Shown here piece after piece: positions 18,485-27,800 of a stretch of 64,000 nucleotides of DNA. The first letter of the stretch is position 1, and every line of letters starts with the position of its first letter. The DNA comes from Candidatus Moraniibacteriota bacterium (GTDB taxonomy: Bacteria; Patescibacteriota; Minisyncoccia; Moranbacterales; UBA2206), in the NCBI GenBank assembly GCA_049297495.1, contig JBAQUL010000010.1:12881-76880 (forward strand). Direction: 5' to 3'. The translations under genes and the position numbers were made by a program. The notes beneath the pieces were generated by a model. It was not told the DNA's origin. It did no database searches and saw only the letters and a list, made by a program, of their open reading frames with translations.

Positions 18485-20344
18485 TCACTCCTTTATAAAT
18501 TCCGAAATTGCTTCCAATATCCCTTCCTCATCCAACCCCACCTCCGCCAAAATTTCTCCGCGCATGCCATGAGAAAGAAACTCGTCCGGCAATCCTAGGT
18601 TTTTAATTCTAACATTCAGCCCGGCTTTCGCAAAAAATTCGTTCACGGCACTGCCTGCTCCACCCATAACTACATTATCCTCAACTGTTACAAAATATTG
18701 ATGCGTCTTGGCTAATTCCCGCAATAGTTCCTCATCAAGCGGCTTGATAAATCGCATATCCACAAGTGTTGCATCAATAGCCTCCGCCGCTTTCTTGCTC
18801 CTGCCAAGCATTGTCCCAAAAGCTAAAATTGCGACGTCTTTTCCCTCTCTCGCAACCTTAGCCTTGCCAATTTCAATCGGCTGACTCTTTTTCCCGCCAC
18901 ATCCGCAAAGATTAGCGCCCTTAGGATAACGCACCGCTGCCGGCCCGGGGTAATTGTAACCAGCTTCCAACATCGCATAACATTCATGTTCATCTGAAGG
19001 CGCCATGACAATGAGATTTGGAATGATACGCAGAAATGACAAATCAAAACTGCCTGCGTGTGTTGCACCATCTGGACCGACAATTCCAGCGCGATCAATT
19101 ACAATCAGAACATCCAGATTAGGCAGAGCGATATCATGGATAAGTTGATCATAGCCACGCTGCAAAAATGAGGAGTAAATCGCCACAATCGGCTTCTTGC
19201 CTTGAAGGGCTAGTCCAGCTGCAAAAGTCAAAGCGTGTTGTTCAGCAATCCCCACGTCATGATAACGCTTAGGAAATTTTTCACTAAAATTAATCAGGCC
19301 AGATCCACTACCCATCGCCGGAGTAACAGCATGCAAGCTTAATTCTTTTTTGGCTTTTTCGCAAATCCAATGGGCGAAAACGTCAGTATAGGCGATATTT
19401 TTAACTGAGCCGTTTTTCTGTCCAGTTATCGGATCAAAAGGCGTAACCGCATGCAAAGAAAAATTATCTTTTTCCGCCGGAGCATATCCCTTGCCTTTTT
19501 TCGTAATCACGTGCAAAAAGCGTGGACCCTTTAATTTTTTCAAATTTTCCAAAACCTCCAAGAGTGTTTCCGTATCATGCCCGTCAATCGGTCCATAATA
19601 TTTAAACCCCAATTCTTCAAACATTGTTCCTGGTGTAATCACACCTCTTGCCTGAATTCCTGCGCGATGGACCAATTTTTGAACAGTCGGCATATTTCTC
19701 AGAGCCTCCAAACCCTTATCGCGCAAATTCACATAAGCAGGAGATGAAATAAGCCTTGTTAAATACTTTTCCATTCCGCCCACATTAGGTGAAATCGACA
19801 TCTTATTGTCATTCAGTACGACTAAAATATCTGCCTTGATGTCCCCCGCATGATTGAGCGCTTCAAACGCCATCCCACCACCAAGTGCTCCATCACCAAT
19901 CAGAGCAATAACGCAAGGCGCATTTTTTTTATTTCTATTCGCGACTGCCATTCCTGTTGCCAAACTAATTGAGGTGCTTGTATGTCCCGCGTTTGAAGTG
20001 TCATATTCGCTCTCCTCTCTTCTGGGAAAAGGCGCAAGACCTCCTTTTTTTCGAATTGTAGCAAGTCGACTCTTCCGCCCTGTAAGAATCTTATGTGCGT
20101 ACGCCTGATGTCCAACGTCCCACAAAAGCAAGTCTCTGGGCGCATCAAAAATATAGTGCAATGCTACAGTCAGTTCAATCACGCCAAGATTCGATCCGAG
20201 ATGCCCACCACTCTGTGCCACGCTTTCAATCAGAAAACTGCGAATTTCTTCACAAAGTTTCGGCAACTTTTCTCTAGGAATTTTTTTCAAATCCCGCGGA
20301 AAAGCAACTAAGTCTAATATTTTTTTCACCTTATTCTTTGTCAT
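18485..20344 (-). CDS. dxs: 1-deoxy-D-xylulose-5-phosphate synthase
   Basis: GGHLGSNLGVIELTVALHYIFD...LWDVGHQAYAHKILTGR TPP-binding pattern; 619 aa. Confidence 0.9.
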   Translation of the reverse strand: MTKNKVKKILDLVAFPRDLKKIPREKLPKLCEEIRSFLIESVAQSGGHLGSNLGVIELTVALHYIFDAPRDLLLWDVGHQAYAHKILTGRKSRLATIRKKGGLAPFPRREESEYDTSNAGHTSTSISLATGMAVANRNKKNAPCVIALIGDGALGGGMAFEALNHAGDIKADILVVLNDNKMSISPNVGGMEKYLTRLISSPAYVNLRDKGLEALRNMPTVQKLVHRAGIQARGVITPGTMFEELGFKYYGPIDGHDTETLLEVLENLKKLKGPRFLHVITKKGKGYAPAEKDNFSLHAVTPFDPITGQKNGSVKNIAYTDVFAHWICEKAKKELSLHAVTPAMGSGSGLINFSEKFPKRYHDVGIAEQHALTFAAGLALQGKKPIVAIYSSFLQRGYDQLIHDIALPNLDVLIVIDRAGIVGPDGATHAGSFDLSFLRIIPNLIVMAPSDEHECYAMLEAGYNYPGPAAVRYPKGANLCGCGGKKSQPIEIGKAKVAREGKDVAILAFGTMLGRSKKAAEAIDATLVDMRFIKPLDEELLRELAKTHQYFVTVEDNVVMGGAGSAVNEFFAKAGLNVRIKNLGLPDEFLSHGMRGEILAEVGLDEEGILEAISEFIKE

Positions 20345-20387
20345 ATTTCATCACGTCATAGTCCCGTCTTAGCAAAACAAAGGAGAA

Positions 20388-21050
20388 TCACACAATTTCG
20401 CTCAAAACCTTTTTCAAACCTTCCACTACCTTCCTATTCTTCCGCAATGCGGAAATTGCCACTGTAATATCCTCGGTTTTCTGGGAAAGACTAAGTTGCT
20501 TAGAAAGGAATATTCGCACTGATTTTTCATCAGGTTTTTTTTCAATATACTTGGCCAAAACAGCATACCATAAAACAAATGTCGGTCGGTCTGCTTTGAT
20601 TTCCAAATTAACCAAAGGCGGATTTCGAAAATAGTTCGCTAATTTTTCCCAATTGTTATAGTAATCATACAGCAATTCATCTTCTAAAAACTTTGCAGGA
20701 TGCCCAAATAATTCGGTCGTCTTTTCTAACTTAAAGAAACCCTGCGCATTAAGAATTTCATCGCGCCGCATATCACAATAGAGATGAAATTTCCAACCAG
20801 CCTCAAAAGATGTCAGCCCAGAAAAATTCAGATCAAGCGGTTGAAATTTCAAATGCGTATCCTTTCTTTTGATGCTCGGCTCAATTCTTCTGATGTCCGG
20901 GAAAACCGAACCTAATAAAAACTCATCTCGATTAATCTTATGATTGCGGTTTATTTTTTCTTCATCTAAAAAATCTTTATCGGTCTTTCCGTTTTCAATC
21001 TTGTCGAAATATTTTTTTGCATAAACTATATGCGCGATTTGAGATGCCAT
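20388..21050 (-). CDS. Hypothetical protein (220 aa)
   Basis: Clean ORF with ATG start; conserved-looking His/Asp positions (GSVFPDIRR, FHLYCDMRRDE) but family not recognised. Confidence 0.45.
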   Translation of the reverse strand: MASQIAHIVYAKKYFDKIENGKTDKDFLDEEKINRNHKINRDEFLLGSVFPDIRRIEPSIKRKDTHLKFQPLDLNFSGLTSFEAGWKFHLYCDMRRDEILNAQGFFKLEKTTELFGHPAKFLEDELLYDYYNNWEKLANYFRNPPLVNLEIKADRPTFVLWYAVLAKYIEKKPDEKSVRIFLSKQLSLSQKTEDITVAISALRKNRKVVEGLKKVLSEIV

Positions 21051-21232
21051 TGTTTTTTGTTTTTTAATTAAAAAAAATAAAAACCAGACTTACGTATTTA
21101 TTTGGAAAATTATTCACGAACAGTTGTCTTAGCACCAATAGCTAAAAGTAACGTGGCGACAAGCTGGCTAAAGCTAGGAAATTATGCTTTAATAATTTTC
21201 CAAATAAACACGCAAGTTCTTGAAAGAAAAAA

Positions 21233-22801
21233 CTATTCAACCCTAAATTTTTTCTTAATCAGCTCCTCTTCCTTTTTCTGTTCTTTTTTAATTTTATCCT
21301 CTGCCATCTTGCGCAAATCCTCTACGTTGCTTTTCGCCAATCCCTTCGCCAACTCTGTCAGTTTTTCTTTCTCGTTCAGCGTTGGATCATCAATCACCCG
21401 TGAAAGCAGCACTGCCAAGATTGCTCCAATTTTTGGCCCTGGTTCTACATTTAATTCGGACATTATATTATTACCATTGAGTTTTAATTGCTTCACGGAA
21501 ATCGGATCATGCGAAACTTTTTCCACCATAAACTGAAAATGTCTAAGTTTATATGGCACAGCTTTTGGCACACCACTGCCGAGCCTGTCCGCAATCCGCA
21601 CATCGATGAGATCGGTTATATTTTCCAAACCGATTTTTTGCACCACACGACGCACACCCGCCTCGCCCACTTCATCAACGTTATAATAAAACATATGGTT
21701 GCGCACGAGCAGCATCACTTTGTCAATTACCTTCCGCGAAAATCGCAAGCGTTCCAAAATAGCTCTTGCCATTTTCTCTCCAATATATTCATGATTATAG
21801 AACGTTGCGTTCTCCCCTTCTCCTCTCTTAGATTTTGGCTTTCCCACATCATGAAGCAATGACGCTAATCGCACTTCCAATTTTTTTGAAGGACATTTTT
21901 CCAGTGACGCTATAAGATGTTTGTATACTGTATTATATGGCCCATAATAGTGATGATGACTTTGCATCACACCAATTCCACTTTCGATCTCTGGTAAAAT
22001 TATTTTTAAAATTCCCACTTCCTGCAGAAGTTCAATTCCTTTCGCTGGAGTTGATGATAAAATGATTTTTGAAAATTCATCCCGAATTCTTTCTGGCGAA
22101 ATATATTTCAAATTCTCGGCATTTTTTTTAATCGCTAAAAAGGTTTTTTCCTCGATTGTAAATTCCAGTGTCACCGAAAACCGAATCGCCCGCATCATCC
22201 GCAGCGCATCTTCATTAAACCTTTCATTAGCATCCCCCACCGCCCGAATCAATTTATTTTCCAAATCCTCCTGCCCATCAAAATAATCAACAATATCCAG
22301 TCCCCTCTCCTTAACAAGGAGAGGGTTAGGGTGAGGTGAATTTTGATCAAGCTGAGCTCCTACTTTCATCGCCAACGCATTAATTGTAAAATCACGCCTA
22401 GATAAATCCTCCTTCAAAGTTTCCGCAAATCTCACCTCATCTGGATGCCTCTTGTCGGAATAGCTTGATTCAATGCGATAAGTCGTCACTTCCACGACTT
22501 CGACTACTTCTTTTTTTTGTGCTTCTTGATTACTGTCCACTGACTCCTGACTTCTGATTTTAATCCCCACTGTTCCAAACTCATTTTCATAGACGCTGTC
22601 CGGAAAAAGACCCTGCACCTCTTCCGGTCTAGCATTGGTCGCCACGTCCCAGTCTTTCGGCGCCGAACCCAATAGCAAATCCCGCACGCATCCGCCCACG
22701 ACATTTGCCTCAAATCCAGCCTTTTCCAGCTTTTCCATCACCGAAATAATCTGGGCAGGCACATCAAATTTGGTCAACTTCTCCTTTTTCATATTCACCA
22801 T
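21233..22801 (-). CDS. cca: CCA-adding enzyme / tRNA nucleotidyltransferase with HD domain
   Basis: Pol-beta-type head GGCVRDLLLG...DWD, RDFTINALA, and a C-terminal HD motif (LLHDVGKP). Confidence 0.8.
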   Translation of the reverse strand: MVNMKKEKLTKFDVPAQIISVMEKLEKAGFEANVVGGCVRDLLLGSAPKDWDVATNARPEEVQGLFPDSVYENEFGTVGIKIRSQESVDSNQEAQKKEVVEVVEVTTYRIESSYSDKRHPDEVRFAETLKEDLSRRDFTINALAMKVGAQLDQNSPHPNPLLVKERGLDIVDYFDGQEDLENKLIRAVGDANERFNEDALRMMRAIRFSVTLEFTIEEKTFLAIKKNAENLKYISPERIRDEFSKIILSSTPAKGIELLQEVGILKIILPEIESGIGVMQSHHHYYGPYNTVYKHLIASLEKCPSKKLEVRLASLLHDVGKPKSKRGEGENATFYNHEYIGEKMARAILERLRFSRKVIDKVMLLVRNHMFYYNVDEVGEAGVRRVVQKIGLENITDLIDVRIADRLGSGVPKAVPYKLRHFQFMVEKVSHDPISVKQLKLNGNNIMSELNVEPGPKIGAILAVLLSRVIDDPTLNEKEKLTELAKGLAKSNVEDLRKMAEDKIKKEQKKEEELIKKKFRVE

Positions 22802-22840
22802 TCTAGCAAAAATATTCCGAAATAGCGAATATTAAATTCT

Positions 22841-22974
22841 ATAGAGACACATTTCAATGCGTCTTGGTGTGAAATTCCGTCTTGGCACGTTATTATATAT
22901 TGGGAATAGCCTAATTTTCACGATTTATTAATTTTACCCCCTCGCCCACAAGACGCATTGAAATGCGTCTCTAT
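22841..22974. promoter_or_regulatory. Long inverted repeat (ATAGAGACACATTTCAATGCGTCTTG ... CAAGACGCATTGAAATGCGTCTCTAT) in the divergent promoter region between cca and the MBL-fold hydrolase gene
   Basis: Arms of about 26 bp, one mismatch, separated by about 80 bp. Each arm is itself a small GACGCATT..AATGCGTC hairpin. Confidence 0.4.
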
Positions 22975-23103
22975 CAAATTTTTCCAAAATTTCCCTCGAC
23001 AGCCTCTTCCTCTCGTGCTAATATGTCTAAGTAAGCTAGACTTGGTCTAGATTTTACGTGTCTTTTTCGAAATTATTTTTAATCCTTTTTTAAATAAAAT
23101 CTC

Positions 23104-23763
23104 ATGAACATTCAATATTATGGCCATTCTTGTTTCAAAATCTCCCTAAAGCCGGCGGGCAGGGGTCAAAATGAGGTCGTTTTTTTCATCGATCCTTTTG
23201 ACAAATCAGTTGGGCTTCGCCCACCGCAAGGACAAGCTGATTTCGTGCTTGTTTCGCATAATCATCCCGATCACAATAACACCGATGCCCTAAAAGGCGA
23301 ACCACGTATCATTGACTTGCCTGGCGAATATTCAGTCAAGGGAGTTAATGTAATCGGCATCCCCTCTTTTCACGATGACGTTCTGGGAAAAGAAAGGGGC
23401 TTAAACACGATATTTCTCATCGATAGCGAGGAAGTGAAAATTTGTCATCTTGGTGATCTCGGATCTGACCTGAACGAAAAGCAACTAGAAAAGATTGGCA
23501 CAGTCAATGTCCTCATGGTTCCAATTGGCGGAAAATACACCATTGACTATAAAAAAGCCATTGAAACGATAAAAAAGATAGAGCCAAGCATTATTATCCC
23601 GATTCATTTCAAAATGAAAAATTCTAGCGTAGATATTGATGATGAAAGTAAATTTTGCTCAGAAATGGGATATTGCGTTAAAGAAAGACCCTCAAAGCTA
23701 AATCTAAAAAGCAAAGATTTAGAGAGCAAAAACATGGAGATATTGATAATGGGCATTGAATAA
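23104..23763 (+). CDS. MBL-fold metallo-hydrolase (UPF0173-like)
   Basis: YGHSCF, LVSHNHPDH metallo-beta-lactamase motif; about 220 aa. Confidence 0.7.
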   Translation: MNIQYYGHSCFKISLKPAGRGQNEVVFFIDPFDKSVGLRPPQGQADFVLVSHNHPDHNNTDALKGEPRIIDLPGEYSVKGVNVIGIPSFHDDVLGKERGLNTIFLIDSEEVKICHLGDLGSDLNEKQLEKIGTVNVLMVPIGGKYTIDYKKAIETIKKIEPSIIIPIHFKMKNSSVDIDDESKFCSEMGYCVKERPSKLNLKSKDLESKNMEILIMGIE

Positions 23764-23775
23764 TTTCCGCTCGCA

Positions 23776-24225
23776 ATGAATATTCAAAGAAGATTAGAGG
23801 AAATCCGACGAAAACCGGAGCATATAAAATTGCGCTACACCTACATAGCCGTAGCTATTTCAATGTTTTTTATTTTGATTTTATGGTTTTTTTCTCTAGC
23901 AGACACTATCAACAAAACTAGAACACCAAAAAACGAAAATGTGTTCAAGGATTTGCAAACTCAGAAGAAATCACTAAAAGATGCCTCAGGTGATGTAAAA
24001 AAAACGCTTGATGAATTAAATAGTAATTTAAAAAATGCCACCCCCGATAACGAAAGCCCGCCCATTGATGACAACTCAGAAATCGCGCCAAAAAGCACTG
24101 AAACCGCTCCAACAAGCGACTCACCAATGCCAAGCAAAAATCAACCAGCAAAAGACGGGACTTTCCCACCACACGATGGCACCAGAATGACACCACCTGC
24201 CAACACTCAACTATTACCACAATAA
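23776..24225 (+). CDS. Hypothetical single-pass membrane protein with Pro/Thr/Ser-rich C-terminal region
   Basis: TM helix YIAVAISMFFILILWFFSL followed by low-complexity hydrophilic tail. Confidence 0.45.
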   Translation: MNIQRRLEEIRRKPEHIKLRYTYIAVAISMFFILILWFFSLADTINKTRTPKNENVFKDLQTQKKSLKDASGDVKKTLDELNSNLKNATPDNESPPIDDNSEIAPKSTETAPTSDSPMPSKNQPAKDGTFPPHDGTRMTPPANTQLLPQ

Positions 24226-24395
24226 TAAATATTTAAAACCTAAAACTTACGTATTTTTCAAAAAACTGCTCCTGTGTTTTCCCTGTATAGCACAAAATAT
24301 TCCTAATAAACTACCAATGGGTCAACGATTACAAGAAAGTTTCGCCATTAGAACTACTTTTTGATAAATATATAAGCTATAAGAATAAAACTCCT

Positions 24396-26840
24396 ATGGA
24401 AATGAAAATTGAGCTGGAAAATATCCAAGCTAGAGAAATAACTGAAGAAATCCAACAATCCTACTTGGATTATGCCATGAGTGTCATCGTTTCGCGCGCC
24501 CTGCCTGATGTTCGCGACGGAATGAAGCCAGTCCATCGCAGAATTCTCTACTCGATGTGGAACACAGGCCTGCGCGCCAATGCCAAATTCCGCAAATCCG
24601 CTACAGTGGTTGGAGAAGTCTTAGGAAAATATCACCCACATGGCGATGTGGCAGTCTATGATTCAATGGTTCGCATGGCCCAAGATTTCTCTCTGCGCTA
24701 CCCACTTGTGAAAGGCCAAGGAAACTTTGGCTCAATGGACGGCGACTCGGCAGCGGCTTATCGTTACACTGAAGCCAAACTTTCTGCCATTTCCGAAGAG
24801 ATGCTGATTGATATTGAAAAAAATACGGTTGATTTTGTGCCCAATTTTGATGGACAACATAAAGAACCCACTGTACTACCAGCTAATTTACCCCAACTGC
24901 TTCTCAATGGATCAATGGGAATCGCCGTTGGAATGGCCACTAACATTCCTCCGCACAATATTACCGAACTGATTGAGGGAATTGATCATTTAATTGACAA
25001 TCCCGATGCAACCGTGGAAGATCTTTGCGAATTCGTGAAAGGTCCCGACTTCCCGACTGGGGGCATTATTTATAACAAAAAAGATATCCTCGAAGCCTAT
25101 AGAACCGGTCGGGGCAAGATTCTTACCCGCGCCAAAGCCGAAATTAATGAAACCAAGGCTGGCGCCTTCCAAATTATCGTAACCGAGATGACTTATGCTA
25201 CCAATAAGTCAACCATGATCGAAAGAATGGCTGATCTTGTCAAGGAAGGAAAGATTGTTGGCATCCGTGACATCCGCGACGAATCCGATAAAGACGGTGT
25301 GCGCTTGGTAATTGAGCTTAAAAAAGACGCTTATCCCCAAAAAGTGCTCAACAAGCTCTATGACCTCACAGACTTGCAAAAGAATTTTAATGTCAACATG
25401 CTGGCCTTGGTCAATGGCATCGAACCGACTGTGCTAAATTTGAAGTCCATTTTTGAATACTATATCATTCACCGAAAAGAAGTTATTACCCGAAAAACTA
25501 AATTTGATCTAGAAAAAGCCAAAGATCGCGCTCATATCCTCGAAGGCTTGAAAAAGGCCCTTGATCACATCGACGCTGTCATTGAAACCATTAGAAAATC
25601 TAAAACAAAAGAAGAAGCACATGTGAATTTGATGAAGAAATTCAAATTCTCCGACCGACAGACCACCGCCATTCTCGAGATGCGCTTGCAAACTCTTGCT
25701 GGCCTGGAACGCAAGAAAATCGAAGACGAACTAGCCGAAAAACTGCGCATTATCGCCGAATTGGAAGCCATTCTCAAAAGTGAAAAGAAGATTTTGGGCA
25801 TTGTCAAAAGCGAACTTGATCGCGTCAAAGAAAAATATGGCGACGAGCGCATGACCAAAATCATCAAATCTGGTGTCACAGAATTTAAACAAGAAGACCT
25901 AGTTCCCAATGAAGAAGCGATTATTACCATTTCCAAAGAGGGTTATATTAAAAGAATGAATCCAACTGTCTACAAAGTGCAAAAGCGCGGTGGCAAAGGC
26001 GTCATCGGGGCAACAACCAGAGAAGGAGATGAAATTGAAAAACTCCTGGGTGTCATGACACATGACAATCTCCTCTTCTTCACTAATAGCGGAAAAGTTT
26101 TCCAGACCAAAGCATATGAAATCCCTGAGTCATCAAGAATTTCCAAAGGCCAATCGATCGTGAATTTTCTCCAATTGTCCGGCGAAGAAAAAGTAACAGC
26201 TATTATTGCTTTTAATAAAGATGACAACTACAAATTCCTCTTTATGGCCACAGAAATGGGCACAGTCAAAAAAACGACACTGGAAGAATTTGAAAATGTC
26301 CGCCGCTCCGGACTCATCGCCATCAAACTAGACAAGGGCGATGCTCTCCGTTGGGTGAGTGCCACAACAGGCACCGATGAAATCGTCATCACAACCGCTC
26401 ACGGCCAAGCCATCCATTACAAGGAAGCTGATGTTCGCTCGATGGGGCGCTCAGCAACAGGCGTGCGTGGCATCAAACTCAAGAAAGATGACCTAGTTGT
26501 GGGAATGGACGTCTTTTTCAAGGGTCAAAAAGGTAATCAACTGCTTGTTATAACCGAAAATGGTTACGGCAAAAGATCCGATATCAAATACTATAAAATC
26601 CAAAAACGTGGAGGATCTGGCATTAAAACTGCATCTGTCACAACCAAAACCGGAAAACTAGTCGGCGCTAGCATTGTCAATGTCGACAATCTCGATGCTG
26701 ACCTCATCCTCACTTCCGACAAAGGCCAAATTATCCGCATCCCTCTCGTCAGCGTCTCAGTCCTCGGCCGCGCCACGCAAGGTGTCCGAGTAATGCGACC
26801 GCAAACAGGCGACAAAGTTTCAGCTATCACCGTGCTATAG
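24396..26840 (+). CDS. gyrA: DNA gyrase subunit A
   Basis: [27 protein letters not shown], active-site region [12 protein letters not shown]-terminal beta-pinwheel repeats; 814 aa. Confidence 0.9.
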   Translation: MEMKIELENIQAREITEEIQQSYLDYAMSVIVSRALPDVRDGMKPVHRRILYSMWNTGLRANAKFRKSATVVGEVLGKYHPHGDVAVYDSMVRMAQDFSLRYPLVKGQGNFGSMDGDSAAAYRYTEAKLSAISEEMLIDIEKNTVDFVPNFDGQHKEPTVLPANLPQLLLNGSMGIAVGMATNIPPHNITELIEGIDHLIDNPDATVEDLCEFVKGPDFPTGGIIYNKKDILEAYRTGRGKILTRAKAEINETKAGAFQIIVTEMTYATNKSTMIERMADLVKEGKIVGIRDIRDESDKDGVRLVIELKKDAYPQKVLNKLYDLTDLQKNFNVNMLALVNGIEPTVLNLKSIFEYYIIHRKEVITRKTKFDLEKAKDRAHILEGLKKALDHIDAVIETIRKSKTKEEAHVNLMKKFKFSDRQTTAILEMRLQTLAGLERKKIEDELAEKLRIIAELEAILKSEKKILGIVKSELDRVKEKYGDERMTKIIKSGVTEFKQEDLVPNEEAIITISKEGYIKRMNPTVYKVQKRGGKGVIGATTREGDEIEKLLGVMTHDNLLFFTNSGKVFQTKAYEIPESSRISKGQSIVNFLQLSGEEKVTAIIAFNKDDNYKFLFMATEMGTVKKTTLEEFENVRRSGLIAIKLDKGDALRWVSATTGTDEIVITTAHGQAIHYKEADVRSMGRSATGVRGIKLKKDDLVVGMDVFFKGQKGNQLLVITENGYGKRSDIKYYKIQKRGGSGIKTASVTTKTGKLVGASIVNVDNLDADLILTSDKGQIIRIPLVSVSVLGRATQGVRVMRPQTGDKVSAITVL

Positions 26841-26884
26841 GAAAAAATAAAGTTATCCACAATTTGAACACTAAAAAAGATACC

Positions 26885-27532
26885 TCAGGGTGTCTTTTTT
26901 AAATATTTGAGTATAGCTATAGCTTCCTTTAAGTCATCTTTAACGATATAGTCCGCATATTTTTCAATGCCAAACCTAGGGTTAACAGCAATACTTTTAT
27001 TTGAAAACTGAAAAATAGTTTTGTCTGATGGTGAATCACCTAGTGCAACAACTTCTTTGGAATTAATTTTTAATTTTTTTAATATTTTTTTTGAATCCAG
27101 TAATTTATAGTCTAAACCGCTATATGAATTCGTAGTGATATGTGAAATAACACCGCTTCTAATAATCACATCAGAACCGATAGCATACTCGATCTTTAGT
27201 TTTTTCTGGTAATATTTTAGCAGAGGAACTATGTTTCCAGAATGCAAGATTGATATGATATGATTTCTTTGTAAAAAACTAAAAAATTCTTTTGACCCTT
27301 TACGTAAAAATAAGTCTGCTTTTAGCGCACTTTCGATTTCTTTTATAGATAATCCCTTAAGTAGATTAATTCGTTTTACTAAAGGTTCTAATCCGGGCGA
27401 TAATCCTTTTGCATGATCAATTCCAATCAATCTGCTTTCATTCTCTTTTCCCACTAAACCACATAACCAATCAAGCATGCTTCTGGTAACTAGTGTGCCG
27501 TCAAAATCAATTAGTACTGCTTTTATTTCCAT
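26885..27532 (-). CDS. HAD-superfamily hydrolase (subfamily IB, phosphoserine-phosphatase-like)
   Basis: Motif I LIDFDGTL; motif IV-like GDSPSDK. Confidence 0.65.
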   Translation of the reverse strand: MEIKAVLIDFDGTLVTRSMLDWLCGLVGKENESRLIGIDHAKGLSPGLEPLVKRINLLKGLSIKEIESALKADLFLRKGSKEFFSFLQRNHIISILHSGNIVPLLKYYQKKLKIEYAIGSDVIIRSGVISHITTNSYSGLDYKLLDSKKILKKLKINSKEVVALGDSPSDKTIFQFSNKSIAVNPRFGIEKYADYIVKDDLKEAIAILKYLKKTP

Positions 27533-27616
27533 AAAAAAATTAAATTAATATTCTTACTATAAAATATACACTCAATATTAAACAATAAAACAATCTATTT
27601 GTCAAATTGTCCACAA

Positions 27617-27800
27617 CATCCCCTTCGCCCCTCGAGAGAAGCCTGCCTGCCGGTAGGCAGGGTGGTCGAAGGCCGGATGAGGGCAAGGGCTTTTGATAAA
27701 ATTATTACTATCCCACACAGAACATTTTCATATTTTGATATCACCCTTGCCCTCACCTGTCACGTGCTCGTGACATCCTCTCCCGAAGGGAGAAGAGGGT
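27617..27800. mobile_element. MITE-like composite palindromic element, copy 2 (overlaps the 3' end of the 27728-29776 ORF)
   Basis: CCCCTCGAGAGAAGCCTGCCTGCCGGTAGGCAGGGTGGTCGAAGGCCGGATGAGGGCAAGGG ... CCCTTGCCCTCACCTGTCACGTGCTCGTGACATCCTCTCCCGAAGGGAGAAGAGGG; same modules as copies 1 and 3. Confidence 0.55.
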